Positions 9,105 through 18,059 of a stretch of 64,000 nt of DNA are shown here, piece by piece. This DNA comes from Nitrospira sp. Its GTDB lineage: Bacteria; Nitrospirota; Nitrospiria; Nitrospirales; Nitrospiraceae. The translations under genes were made by a program, and so were the position numbers. Below the pieces are notes generated by a model that was given only the letters and a program-made list of their open reading frames with translations, was not told where the DNA came from and ran no database searches. The first letter of the stretch is position 1, and each line of letters starts with the position of its first letter. Location of the stretch: assembly GCA_047150005.1 (NCBI GenBank), contig AP038806.1, forward strand, positions 1,216,001 through 1,280,000, in the 5' to 3' direction.

Positions 9105-12100
9105 CTAGTCGCGTTGATTTATCCATGAGAGATACCGACTTGCGACTGTCGTCGCAGTTCCAGCATTCACGCAATTGATGGCGCCGGTGCTGGATTGCGA
9201 ACATCCCTTCACACCACTCAAGCTACCAGTGCCAGCGGAACCATCACCTTGGCTTCCCAAATGGATGGCGACGGTAGTGGCCAAACCCTCGCCGAGACTT
9301 GTCTTGTTGTTGATATTTTGACCGCTCAACCCAACAATCGGCGAGCTATAGGGTCCGCCCGTTACGTAATAGAGAGCATAGAGATTGCTCGACCCTGCCG
9401 CGACACAGACATCACTGCTTGGCAGGAATGTGGGAAAGAACACAATCCCACCGAGAATAACCGGGTTCGCCACCGATCGTTCACTTGGTCCACTGGCTGG
9501 GACAGTCAGTTTGGTAAACCAACCTCTCTTACTTTGGACAAGTGAAATAAGCGAGCCATATGTTCCACCCGTTGCCATCGCTGGCACACTGGTCACTTGC
9601 TGTGTCGTCGTACCGTCACACGTACCATTGCCAAGTTGGCAGATAGTGGCCGTTGACATGTCAATCAACTCATTGTTCAGGCTGTCGTCAATACGACAAC
9701 CCGTGATGGTCAAGTCATTGCATCCTCCCGAACCCTGCAGCACCGGATCTTTCACACCCACCAGAAATTGAACTGAGGTATCGACCTTATCACCAGTTCC
9801 GCTCAATTGGGTGTAGTAACGGCCACTTCCTGCAAAAAGCCAGGTATTCCCCGTCTCGTCCAGTGCAAGACCAGGGGCTTGAGGCAGAGGACCCAACGTA
9901 TTTTTTGTGGATCCGGTCGCGTTCTTGAATTGATAGAGAATTTCGGACGGGGCTCTTGTTGGTGCAGGAGCCGTTGCGCCTGATGGCACGCCCCACAAAG
10001 AAGGATCTGTATTGCAGACCGGAGTGGACGCTTTCCAACAGCCGGTCGTAAGGCGAATCAACTTGCCTTCCCACGGGGATGCACTGATGATCTTCCCGCC
10101 ATATATGACGTCAGCTCGATAATCCAAGTCTCTGTCTATCGTTGACAAGTCTCCGATAAATGAATTGGGTGGACTGGACACTGTCCCGCCCGCATCAAAG
10201 ACTGTCACGGTCGTCGAAGCGGCCGACGTTATTCTGTCTTTGAGATTAACGGCGTACATCCTTGCCACCTGCCCAACGCCCGCATCGTAGCTGGTTGCTC
10301 CGGACCCAAATACGACATACCATTTGGCATCGCTGTCCTGTGTCTTATCGCCACCCAATGGACGAACCCGGACCACGCTCGGGTAACTCATGGTCAGCCC
10401 AAGGTTCGCATCTGAATAGCTCCAGAGGAGCTTCGGCAATTTCTCAGGGTTGGTGACATCCAATACGAAGTATGCGCTGAAAAAGGTTCGCCCAGCATCC
10501 ACTGTGGAGTCGTTGTTGAAATCTGCCGCGAAGGTCATCGGCGTGCCCTGACCTCCAGTGCAATTTCCGCAACTACCTCCCATTCGGAACCCGCCAACAA
10601 GAATTGTTCCCCATCCATTGGGATGATCTGCATCGGGGGTAAACACTCTCGCATCTGTTACCTTCGGTTTCAGATCGACATAGTACACGTGCGTATAATT
10701 GGGATCTGCCAGCCATCGCAGATGCGGTAACAACTCTTGCGGAATAAACGACCACAATTCATCGCCACGAACCGTACCTCGACCGTCTGCAGTCGTCGAA
10801 TTGGAAAACCATCCATGCTCTATTTTTCCGGCCGGAGCGGACCCGCTGGTATCATCGCCCTTATGATAAAACCCTACGTTAAACGCATGCAGCATGCCGT
10901 CGTTGGCTCCAAGATATGCAACCTGGCGGCGCCCCTTGTACTGCTGAAAAAAGGCTGTGTAGGACGCATCGCCGTACAACACATCGTACCGCTCCTTCGG
11001 ATCGCCGACGACAACAGGCGTTGAATATACGGAGTCTCCGAGTTTCCAGACCATCGCGGTGGGGACGTTACTATCGTTCTTCACTGTCAACGTACGATCG
11101 CGAAGGCCTGTGACCTGAGAGCCACGAATAAAATTGATTGTGTTGGTCGCTGTGAGGGCCGCTGGGGCCCCACTGAGATTGAGATAGCCAGCGATCTTGC
11201 TCTGATTACTGATGTCGAACGAAATGAACTCACCCGTAGGTGTCGCGGAGCCGGTACTACTCACGACTTTGTCATTGTCCAAGTCCACCCAGGTATAGAT
11301 GTACCGATTCGCGGGTGGCATGATGGCCAGTCGACGTCCTCCTTCCCAAATCGGATTGATATCGGTGATGGCCTTGTCGCATTGATGAGGCGAGTCGTCA
11401 CAAAATGCTGTGTCAAGAATGCCATCAGGAGGCACGGTCGTATCTCTGGTCGGATCAGCTTTGCCGTCACCGTTTGAATCAACAAAAATGTCAACGGCCA
11501 GGCGGTCGTTAGTCACATCGTAGCGAGTTACAACAATGCGATCCTCGCTGAGCACTAAGCGGCCGTCGCCATTAGTATCTTCGCGGAGATTTCCATAGGT
11601 ATCGACGAACAGCCCGTGCACATAGCCGGCATATTTGACCTCGCGAGTGCCTTCGAACTGAGTTGGGTAGAAATAGGATTGATAGAGGGCGCCTTCGCCA
11701 CTTGTCGAGGACGACAAGACCGACGCAGCAGTACCAGATGACGTTTGGTTCAGAATCGCCGAGAAGGCGGCAGCTAACTTGCCTTCGAGTTCCAGTGGGT
11801 TTTGCGCGTAGAAGTATGTGTCCGGTACTCCATCGCCGTCCGAATCCCATTCCGATGTCTTGTCGGGAAGGTTATACCCCGTCGTGGCAGGCTTATCGCT
11901 ATCTTTGAATCCTCCGTACTTGGCTGCGTACCACAAGGGATCCTTCAGGAGCCCGGCATTTGAGCCATTCGCGGTGAAAGTTCGCTCCACCCAAATGTTC
12001 GTGTACGGAGCCGTTGTGTCCGACGTCCACGCTCCTGTTGTATTGTACCGTTGGCACTCAAGGCCGTTTCCCGCACCGGTGGGGATACTTCCACCGCAAC

Positions 12101-14489
12101 GAATATCGTAGTATTCGCCGGCACCAGTGAGAATATTATTCAGGGTTGCTGCCGGCGTTGTCGCGCTGTGACCTGTCGCACTCACTCCGTTGATGTAGAA
12201 GCCGGCCCAGTTGCCGTTCCCGGCGTTGGAATATATCGGCTTCGTCTTAACCGTAATGGTTGTCGACCCATTCGTCTTCACATACAGCCGATAACGAATG
12301 TCCAGATCGTAGTCTCCTCCATAAGTTGCATCGTCCCACATGATTTCGTAGCAAGAGGTATAGCCATTCCCAACCTCGGCGATCCAATCAGCGTCACTCG
12401 CGCAAATGTCGAATGCGACAAGTTGCCCCTTGTTTCCTCCAGTCGCAGCCGAACTCGCCCAAGCGCCTTGACCGGCAGTCGTACATCCGTTGTAGCGATT
12501 TGAATCACTCGCTGGCGCGCCTCCAGTTGCAGCCGGACAGCCGCTATGAAAGGTCGGAGTCAACTGAACCTTGTTCAACCCTACCGCGAATTCCAGCACC
12601 GGTACCGGCGCGCTGGCCACTACCGCATAGGTCGTAATGTTCTGCTTCACTAAGTTGCCTGTGTCGTTGCCGAGAGCGCCGCGGAGATCCGTCGTCTTTG
12701 CATAATGAGCTAGGATCGGAAGATAGTAGGATCCGTACTTGTTCGGTTCCTCCGGACAGAGACCCCGGATATTTAGGAACGTCGTTGTTGTCTTGGCCGA
12801 GCAGATGCTATTCGCGGAACCACCATTGACCTCACCGATGAATACAGAGCTAATTGGATCCAACGTATTCATCGATGAAGCGGTCAGCAATGCGGAGAGG
12901 TCGATCCCCGTATCATTCGTCGTCGGAGTGACCTGATTGGGGGCGGAAATCCAAGCCTGCGCACCTGGAAGCTGGTCAGAGTCATGAGACGGGAAGGCGT
13001 CACCGAACATCAAGACGAAGGGTTTTGCGCAATACTCACAAACAGGTGGCGACCCCGTATATGGATCGCCATATCCGTTGTTGGCTTCAATTGGGAACGT
13101 GTTTGATGCGAATGCGCCATTTCCAATTGCGTAACTCGTAATGCTGTTATCGGGACCGTTGCCGGAAGTCTTATAAAACTGTGTGGTTGCATTGCCGGAA
13201 CTTGCGAGGCCTCTGAAATAGCGGATTGCTTCGTAGAACATCTCCGCGAAGGGTTCTCCCCAGCTCCTGCAATTGCTTTCGGTGGGAATGCCTCCATTAA
13301 CACTGCACGTCCCATCGTTTCCACCGGCGGAGTAGTTGTTACCACCGAAATTGTATCCAACGATTCTGAAGCTATCGATCGTCTTGATGACCTTCGAGGT
13401 TCCAAGGATCTGTCCTGTGCGCTTGTTGATCTCCTGCGTGTACAGATCCGTGGCCTTACTACGGAGCACACCTCCGCTGAAATTCCGCTCGTAGCTACCT
13501 GAAATCAGACCGAATCGCATGGTCACGGTGTCATCAGCGCTCCCGACACTTCCGTTGGCGTTCACCGCCATCCTTTGGATCAAACCCTGCGGCTTATATG
13601 TATATGTGCTTGTCGGGCTGGGAGTGTTGTTGTCGTAATACGTATCGCAATTTGCTTCTAGCCCAACTGTCCAGTCACATACCATGACGGCAACCCGATA
13701 GGTCGCCTTAAGCTCTCCTCCAAATACTCCGGCTCCATTGGCAGTTCGCTCGCACTGCCGCACCTCGGTGCTATCGGCATCTGGCCAATTTCCGTCCAAC
13801 ACCATCATGTACCCGACGGTTTCACTGCTTGCACTGTTGGTATTACAGATTGTGACAGCACCAGAAACGATTCCCAGGGCGGCGGTCGGCACCAAGGAAC
13901 TCAAGTCGCTGCCGGCATAGGGCTTCGCCCAGGAATGAGCATCACGAGGAGCAATGGTTCGTCCCAAGACAGTTAAGCCGTTGTTCCCAGTCATTGGCGA
14001 CGTTGAACTACCGGCGTCATCCACGATGCGCATTCCCCCATAAAGCACCTTCCGGATGATGTCGATCCGAGCCATTGTCGCCCAGTTGAGGAAGTTTCCG
14101 CTCCATTTGGCTGTGCAGAAGTGGCCATAGGTTCCAGCACCAGCAACGGCTGGGTTGAAACGTCCCGTACCGCCAAACCCTGTCCCTCCCGAATAGTCGT
14201 AGCATTTCTTCGGGTCGAAATAGCCCACGTAATCGATGTTGTCCTTGTACGTCGTGTCGGCCGCGGCATCTCCACCAGGCTTTCCATTGTCCAAATCGAC
14301 GATATCGTTATATCCCTTAAAGAAAAGCCGGTGATCTTTCGTCATCATGAGCATCACGGCCGGCGGTACCGTTTTCGTGATGAACGGCGGATAGGCCGTG
14401 TAGTTGTTCATGGTGACTTGAGCGACGGCAGAATGATGAACGATGCCACCGGCAACGGCGAGCAGGAGAGCTAACATCAGTTTGTTCAT
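9105..14489 (-). CDS. pilY1: PilY1-family type IV pilus tip adhesin (about 1790 aa)
   Basis: C-terminal PilC/PilY1 propeller motifs LGDSVYSTP, YLGANDGMLHAF, ELWSFIP, YYVD and DRDLDYRAD; signal peptide; follows pilX. Confidence 0.92.
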   Translation of the reverse strand: MNKLMLALLLAVAGGIVHHSAVAQVTMNNYTAYPPFITKTVPPAVMLMMTKDHRLFFKGYNDIVDLDNGKPGGDAAADTTYKDNIDYVGYFDPKKCYDYSGGTGFGGTGRFNPAVAGAGTYGHFCTAKWSGNFLNWATMARIDIIRKVLYGGMRIVDDAGSSTSPMTGNNGLTVLGRTIAPRDAHSWAKPYAGSDLSSLVPTAALGIVSGAVTICNTNSASSETVGYMMVLDGNWPDADSTEVRQCERTANGAGVFGGELKATYRVAVMVCDWTVGLEANCDTYYDNNTPSPTSTYTYKPQGLIQRMAVNANGSVGSADDTVTMRFGLISGSYERNFSGGVLRSKATDLYTQEINKRTGQILGTSKVIKTIDSFRIVGYNFGGNNYSAGGNDGTCSVNGGIPTESNCRSWGEPFAEMFYEAIRYFRGLASSGNATTQFYKTSGNGPDNSITSYAIGNGAFASNTFPIEANNGYGDPYTGSPPVCEYCAKPFVLMFGDAFPSHDSDQLPGAQAWISAPNQVTPTTNDTGIDLSALLTASSMNTLDPISSVFIGEVNGGSANSICSAKTTTTFLNIRGLCPEEPNKYGSYYLPILAHYAKTTDLRGALGNDTGNLVKQNITTYAVVASAPVPVLEFAVGLNKVQLTPTFHSGCPAATGGAPASDSNRYNGCTTAGQGAWASSAATGGNKGQLVAFDICASDADWIAEVGNGYTSCYEIMWDDATYGGDYDLDIRYRLYVKTNGSTTITVKTKPIYSNAGNGNWAGFYINGVSATGHSATTPAATLNNILTGAGEYYDIRCGGSIPTGAGNGLECQRYNTTGAWTSDTTAPYTNIWVERTFTANGSNAGLLKDPLWYAAKYGGFKDSDKPATTGYNLPDKTSEWDSDGDGVPDTYFYAQNPLELEGKLAAAFSAILNQTSSGTAASVLSSSTSGEGALYQSYFYPTQFEGTREVKYAGYVHGLFVDTYGNLREDTNGDGRLVLSEDRIVVTRYDVTNDRLAVDIFVDSNGDGKADPTRDTTVPPDGILDTAFCDDSPHQCDKAITDINPIWEGGRRLAIMPPANRYIYTWVDLDNDKVVSSTGSATPTGEFISFDISNQSKIAGYLNLSGAPAALTATNTINFIRGSQVTGLRDRTLTVKNDSNVPTAMVWKLGDSVYSTPVVVGDPKERYDVLYGDASYTAFFQQYKGRRQVAYLGANDGMLHAFNVGFYHKGDDTSGSAPAGKIEHGWFSNSTTADGRGTVRGDELWSFIPQELLPHLRWLADPNYTHVYYVDLKPKVTDARVFTPDADHPNGWGTILVGGFRMGGSCGNCTGGQGTPMTFAADFNNDSTVDAGRTFFSAYFVLDVTNPEKLPKLLWSYSDANLGLTMSYPSVVRVRPLGGDKTQDSDAKWYVVFGSGATSYDAGVGQVARMYAVNLKDRITSAASTTVTVFDAGGTVSSPPNSFIGDLSTIDRDLDYRADVIYGGKIISASPWEGKLIRLTTGCWKASTPVCNTDPSLWGVPSGATAPAPTRAPSEILYQFKNATGSTKNTLGPLPQAPGLALDETGNTWLFAGSGRYYTQLSGTGDKVDTSVQFLVGVKDPVLQGSGGCNDLTITGCRIDDSLNNELIDMSTATICQLGNGTCDGTTTQQVTSVPAMATGGTYGSLISLVQSKRGWFTKLTVPASGPSERSVANPVILGGIVFFPTFLPSSDVCVAAGSSNLYALYYVTGGPYSSPIVGLSGQNINNKTSLGEGLATTVAIHLGSQGDGSAGTGSLSGVKGCSQSSTGAINCVNAGTATTVASRYLSWINQRD

Positions 14490-14566
14490 GATCCTACCCC
14501 TCCCCATAACAGCTTTCTCAACTCTCATTCGCTCAAACCACAACATGCGTCGGTTCGTCCTTAGAG

Positions 14567-15199
14567 CTATAGTTTTCTCTGACAGGTTTCACCCGTTAGA
14601 GTGCAAGCGTACACGCCAACGATCCGGTTTTCGGTCCCAGTCGCCACGAGTGTGGCTCTGCAATCCACTCGATAGAGGACATCGACACCTCCACCTGCAC
14701 TTCCCGATCCCGCTCCTTCATAGCCTGCGGCGAACTGCATGCCAGACCCTGCCTTCGCCTGTAAGTACAACCGGTCGATATCACCTCGCACGGAGTACCC
14801 ATTGATTGTCTGATCGTAGTCTGGCCCCAAAGCCCCTGTCCCTGTCACCGTATCCACGTGGTTGTCAGCCTGGCCGTTGATTTCCATGGTGAGGGATGGA
14901 TTGGCTGAAGTCTCCGCTCCAGTCGGAACCGGCCCGCTCGAACTAACTACCGCCGCCGGCACCGAACCGTTCTCGATCGTTTGCTGGATGATCTTTACCG
15001 AAGAACTGAGACAAGACTCGGCAGCGTCTGCGGCCACTTCCGTAGTTCGCTGGAATCCGGCTATTCGATTTTCGAGTCCTGTGACGGTCATTGCGGCGAT
15101 ACCTAATACTGTCAGGATGAGCATGAGGATCATGACCATTAAGAAGGCCATGCCTCGCTCATTCCTGATCAGACCACGGTTCGTCTCGTCAACTGGCAT
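14567..15199 (-). CDS. pilX: Minor pilin PilX-like
   Basis: ERG|MAFLM prepilin site without E+5, as is typical of PilX; AADAAES; lies between pilW and pilY1. Confidence 0.85.
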   Translation of the reverse strand: MPVDETNRGLIRNERGMAFLMVMILMLILTVLGIAAMTVTGLENRIAGFQRTTEVAADAAESCLSSSVKIIQQTIENGSVPAAVVSSSGPVPTGAETSANPSLTMEINGQADNHVDTVTGTGALGPDYDQTINGYSVRGDIDRLYLQAKAGSGMQFAAGYEGAGSGSAGGGVDVLYRVDCRATLVATGTENRIVGVYACTLTGETCQRKL

Positions 15200-15218
15200 G
15201 CCGACTCCTGACCTCGAT

Positions 15219-16343
15219 TTATTGCTCGACGTTTCGAGCATCGACCGTCCTCGTCAATTGACGACGTCTAAACTGCTGATACGTTGAGGGGACATACCCA
15301 GGATCACTGGAATGAATATGGTCGCTAATCGTCAGGGGACCTGCCGTCAAGACTCCGGCCTGCTGAGCCTCACCAAGCCCCTGGTCCCGAACCGATTGTC
15401 TGGCCACGACGTTGACCTGCACCATCCTGATAGTGGCAGGATCGAACGTGAGAGGGGTCCACACCCTATTGGTCTGCCAGTCTCCAACATCGAACGTATT
15501 GTTGGTGTTCCAATCGTCAATCACCCCGTCAGGCACCCCTGTCTTGATGGCCGCGTTGCAGCCGTCACAGGCGAGAGCGAACTGAATATCTTCGATGCCG
15601 TCGACGATATTGGCGGTCGGCGGCGAGGCCGTTCCCGTGTCCACAGTTCGAAGCAGGCAAGGTCCTGAGGTTATACACGCCGTTGAATCCTGTCCGATTG
15701 AATAGGTTACGCACTGCAGTAGATAGACTTGGGTTCCCACCGGAAACGTCACTGGCAAGTTAAACCCACTGCTTAAGTTCACCGCAGATCCGCTGCTCGT
15801 CGAGACCTGCGCCGTCACAACTCCTCCGATAGAAACATACGCACCCGTGCCGTTCACCATGCCTTCGGCCTGCATTTCTGAAACGGCGGCGGCATTAAGA
15901 GTGATGGAGGTGAAGGAGCTGGCTGGTGCAACCGGGACGGCCTGGGAAAGAGTCCATCCAGGGTTGGTTCGAGGAATCACGAGCGAAAGGGTATCTGGGC
16001 CATCATCATTCGGGAGAGCGGAGGGTGTCGGGACCTTATCAACAGGTCTGACCGCTAAGCTGGTGCCTCCGGCGGCACAGTTTCCCGCCGTACCTCCCAC
16101 CGGCACATTTGGTGATAACGGCATTCGGAATCCAGCCAGCTTGACGTCGCGGGCGATCAATTCCATAGCCAATCTGGCATTCTGCTGCGTACCCGCCGCT
16201 TGTTCATTGGCCTTAGTAGATTTGTCGGTGGTCGTCAGCACCGTAAAGCCGGCCGTCACAATGATGCTTGTCACGGCAAGCGCGATCATTAACTCCACCA
16301 ATGTGATACCGTGCTGCAATTGTCTTTGGTGTGCAGTCCTCAT
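15219..16343 (-). CDS. pilW: Minor pilin PilW-like
   Basis: QHG|ITLVELM; NARLAMELIARDVKLAGF; DGIEDIQF. Confidence 0.88.
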   Translation of the reverse strand: MRTAHQRQLQHGITLVELMIALAVTSIIVTAGFTVLTTTDKSTKANEQAAGTQQNARLAMELIARDVKLAGFRMPLSPNVPVGGTAGNCAAGGTSLAVRPVDKVPTPSALPNDDGPDTLSLVIPRTNPGWTLSQAVPVAPASSFTSITLNAAAVSEMQAEGMVNGTGAYVSIGGVVTAQVSTSSGSAVNLSSGFNLPVTFPVGTQVYLLQCVTYSIGQDSTACITSGPCLLRTVDTGTASPPTANIVDGIEDIQFALACDGCNAAIKTGVPDGVIDDWNTNNTFDVGDWQTNRVWTPLTFDPATIRMVQVNVVARQSVRDQGLGEAQQAGVLTAGPLTISDHIHSSDPGYVPSTYQQFRRRQLTRTVDARNVEQ

Positions 16344-16361
16344 ATCGGGGCTGTCCTTACC

Positions 16362-16859
16362 TCACTCCGGCGCGACCACAGTGACCAAGGTGATGCTCTT
16401 CGACATAAGGGAAGCACTTCCAATGTTGGAGTTAGTCATCCAATCCAGCCTCACGGTGACCGTGCTGCGCGTGAGCCCCAGCGGATCTAGCGCAGGCGGA
16501 GCCGGATTCAAGACGACCGTCCCTGCGATGTTGCTGAGACCTGAATTGAGCAGCAAGGTCCTCCATTGGACGCAATCACCATTGGCCATGACATTGACCG
16601 TGGAAGCCGGACAGGTTGTCGTGCCCAAACTCACATCGATATTGTGGTAAGCGGTTACGTTCCGACGATTGAACTGGATTCGCTCGACCATATCGGCGGC
16701 GAGATTGCTCACGCGAGTCATCTCATTTCCGCTTATGTTTCTCTTTAGCGACATGGCCTGCATTCCGGAAAGAGCAAGTAGTCCAACGGCCAAGATCAAG
16801 GCTGCAACCATGCTCTCGATGAGCGTGAATCCCGACTCAGTTTGACGCAGTGGACTCAT
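16362..16859 (-). CDS. pilV: Minor pilin PilV-like
   Basis: ESG|FTLIESMVA; LAADMVERI. Confidence 0.87.
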   Translation of the reverse strand: MSPLRQTESGFTLIESMVAALILAVGLLALSGMQAMSLKRNISGNEMTRVSNLAADMVERIQFNRRNVTAYHNIDVSLGTTTCPASTVNVMANGDCVQWRTLLLNSGLSNIAGTVVLNPAPPALDPLGLTRSTVTVRLDWMTNSNIGSASLMSKSITLVTVVAPE

Positions 16860-16882
16860 GGTTGTGCCGAACTCCGATCCAG

Positions 16883-17350
16883 CTATGGGCATGAAGTTTT
16901 TGCACACCAACTCACCTTCCCGGACGGCAATACCGAGAGCGTATAAATAAGCCCCTTTTCATTCTGTAACTGGATAGTTTGTGGAGCGGCGGCTGTGCTT
17001 AATCCTATGGAAGAAAAGTTCACAATCGCTGCTCCGCCGGGAAGCGTCGTTACCCGCGGCATCAATGTGCGCGTGGGGAAAATCTGTTGGCCGCCCGAGA
17101 TACCGCTCACTTCGATAAGTGATCCCGATGACTGAATGGTAACGGTTGCCTGTCTGTTTCTGTTCATCGCAACCAACTTCGCCAGATTCAGATCCCCCGT
17201 GATTTCACTCATGGCCTGCTTCAACTGGTAACGAGCCAACCATTCATTGATGGCAGGAATCGCAATAATCGAGGCAATCCCGATGATGGCCACCACAATC
17301 ATCAGTTCGACCATTGTGAATCCGTCTTCTCGGCGGTTCTTATTGTCCAT
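16883..17350 (-). CDS. fimT: Minor pilin FimT/FimU (GspH-like)
   Basis: EDG|FTMVELMIV; GDLNLAKLVAM; C-terminal Cys pair. Confidence 0.82.
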   Translation of the reverse strand: MDNKNRREDGFTMVELMIVVAIIGIASIIAIPAINEWLARYQLKQAMSEITGDLNLAKLVAMNRNRQATVTIQSSGSLIEVSGISGGQQIFPTRTLMPRVTTLPGGAAIVNFSSIGLSTAAAPQTIQLQNEKGLIYTLSVLPSGKVSWCAKTSCP

Positions 17351-17398
17351 ATGCGCACGAAATTTGTGTAAGTCCGTCGAAAGGTCCCCACGGGGTTG

Positions 17399-17414
17399 AG
17401 CAAGCACTATGCCA
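17399..17414 (-). promoter_or_regulatory. sigma54 (-24/-12) promoter for the fimT-pilVWXY1 operon
   Basis: Minus strand TGGCATAGTGCTTGCT is GG-N10-GC, close to consensus, about 50 nt upstream of the fimT ATG. Confidence 0.8.
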
Positions 17415-17439
17415 TTCGCTACGCGGAACCAAGCCCATT

Positions 17440-17452
17440 CAAGAGTTTGATT
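17440..17452 (-). promoter_or_regulatory. IHF binding site
   Basis: Minus strand AATCAAACTCTTG is an exact WATCAANNNNTTR match, just upstream of the sigma54 -24 element. Confidence 0.65.
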
Positions 17453-18059
17453 AATCAGCAGTTTTCTATCATGACAGTCTCAGATTCTCAGGTCGGGGCA
17501 GACAAATTTCGTCATGGAAGTTCTGATTTTGCGTCCATTTGAAACGCCACAAGTGGATGCCGATAGAATAGTGTCGATTACGCCGCAGACGAGCTGTCGG
17601 GCGAGTCGGGTCCGCGGATAGATTCTAAGATTGCAGTCGACAGCTGCAATTTCCCGCTAGCTTTGACTGTGTGGGAGGGTGAGCAGAACCGACGTCGCGG
17701 CCGCGTCCTCCGAAGAGCGGCTTGCTTGGATTGTCCTAGAAGCTGAATCTGGCATGCTGTAACCGGTAGTTCGCACTTACGAATCCTAGCCGCAAGCCGG
17801 GGGATGAGATATACGCTCACCAGCACCGAATCGAATTCCGGCTATTGCGAAAACTGGAACTCCCTCGCCAATCCCCCGATGACTGCACACAAGCTGCCGG
17901 AAGCCGCACAGAAACTTCCTAGATCTAACCGCTATCTGGAATTTGCTCGGCGCTTCAGGGAGGTTCCTGTGTGTTGCGCATGGCCCCCCAATTGGGCCCC
18001 ATGCCATGCGGACGATTATTAGGATGATCGGCTACGGAGAAGAAGGGAGGCGTGTAAAT

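Noticed and set aside
17578..18022. Short ORFs in the inter-cassette gap
   Set aside because: No recognisable motifs or convincing RBS, and they overlap one another on both strands.
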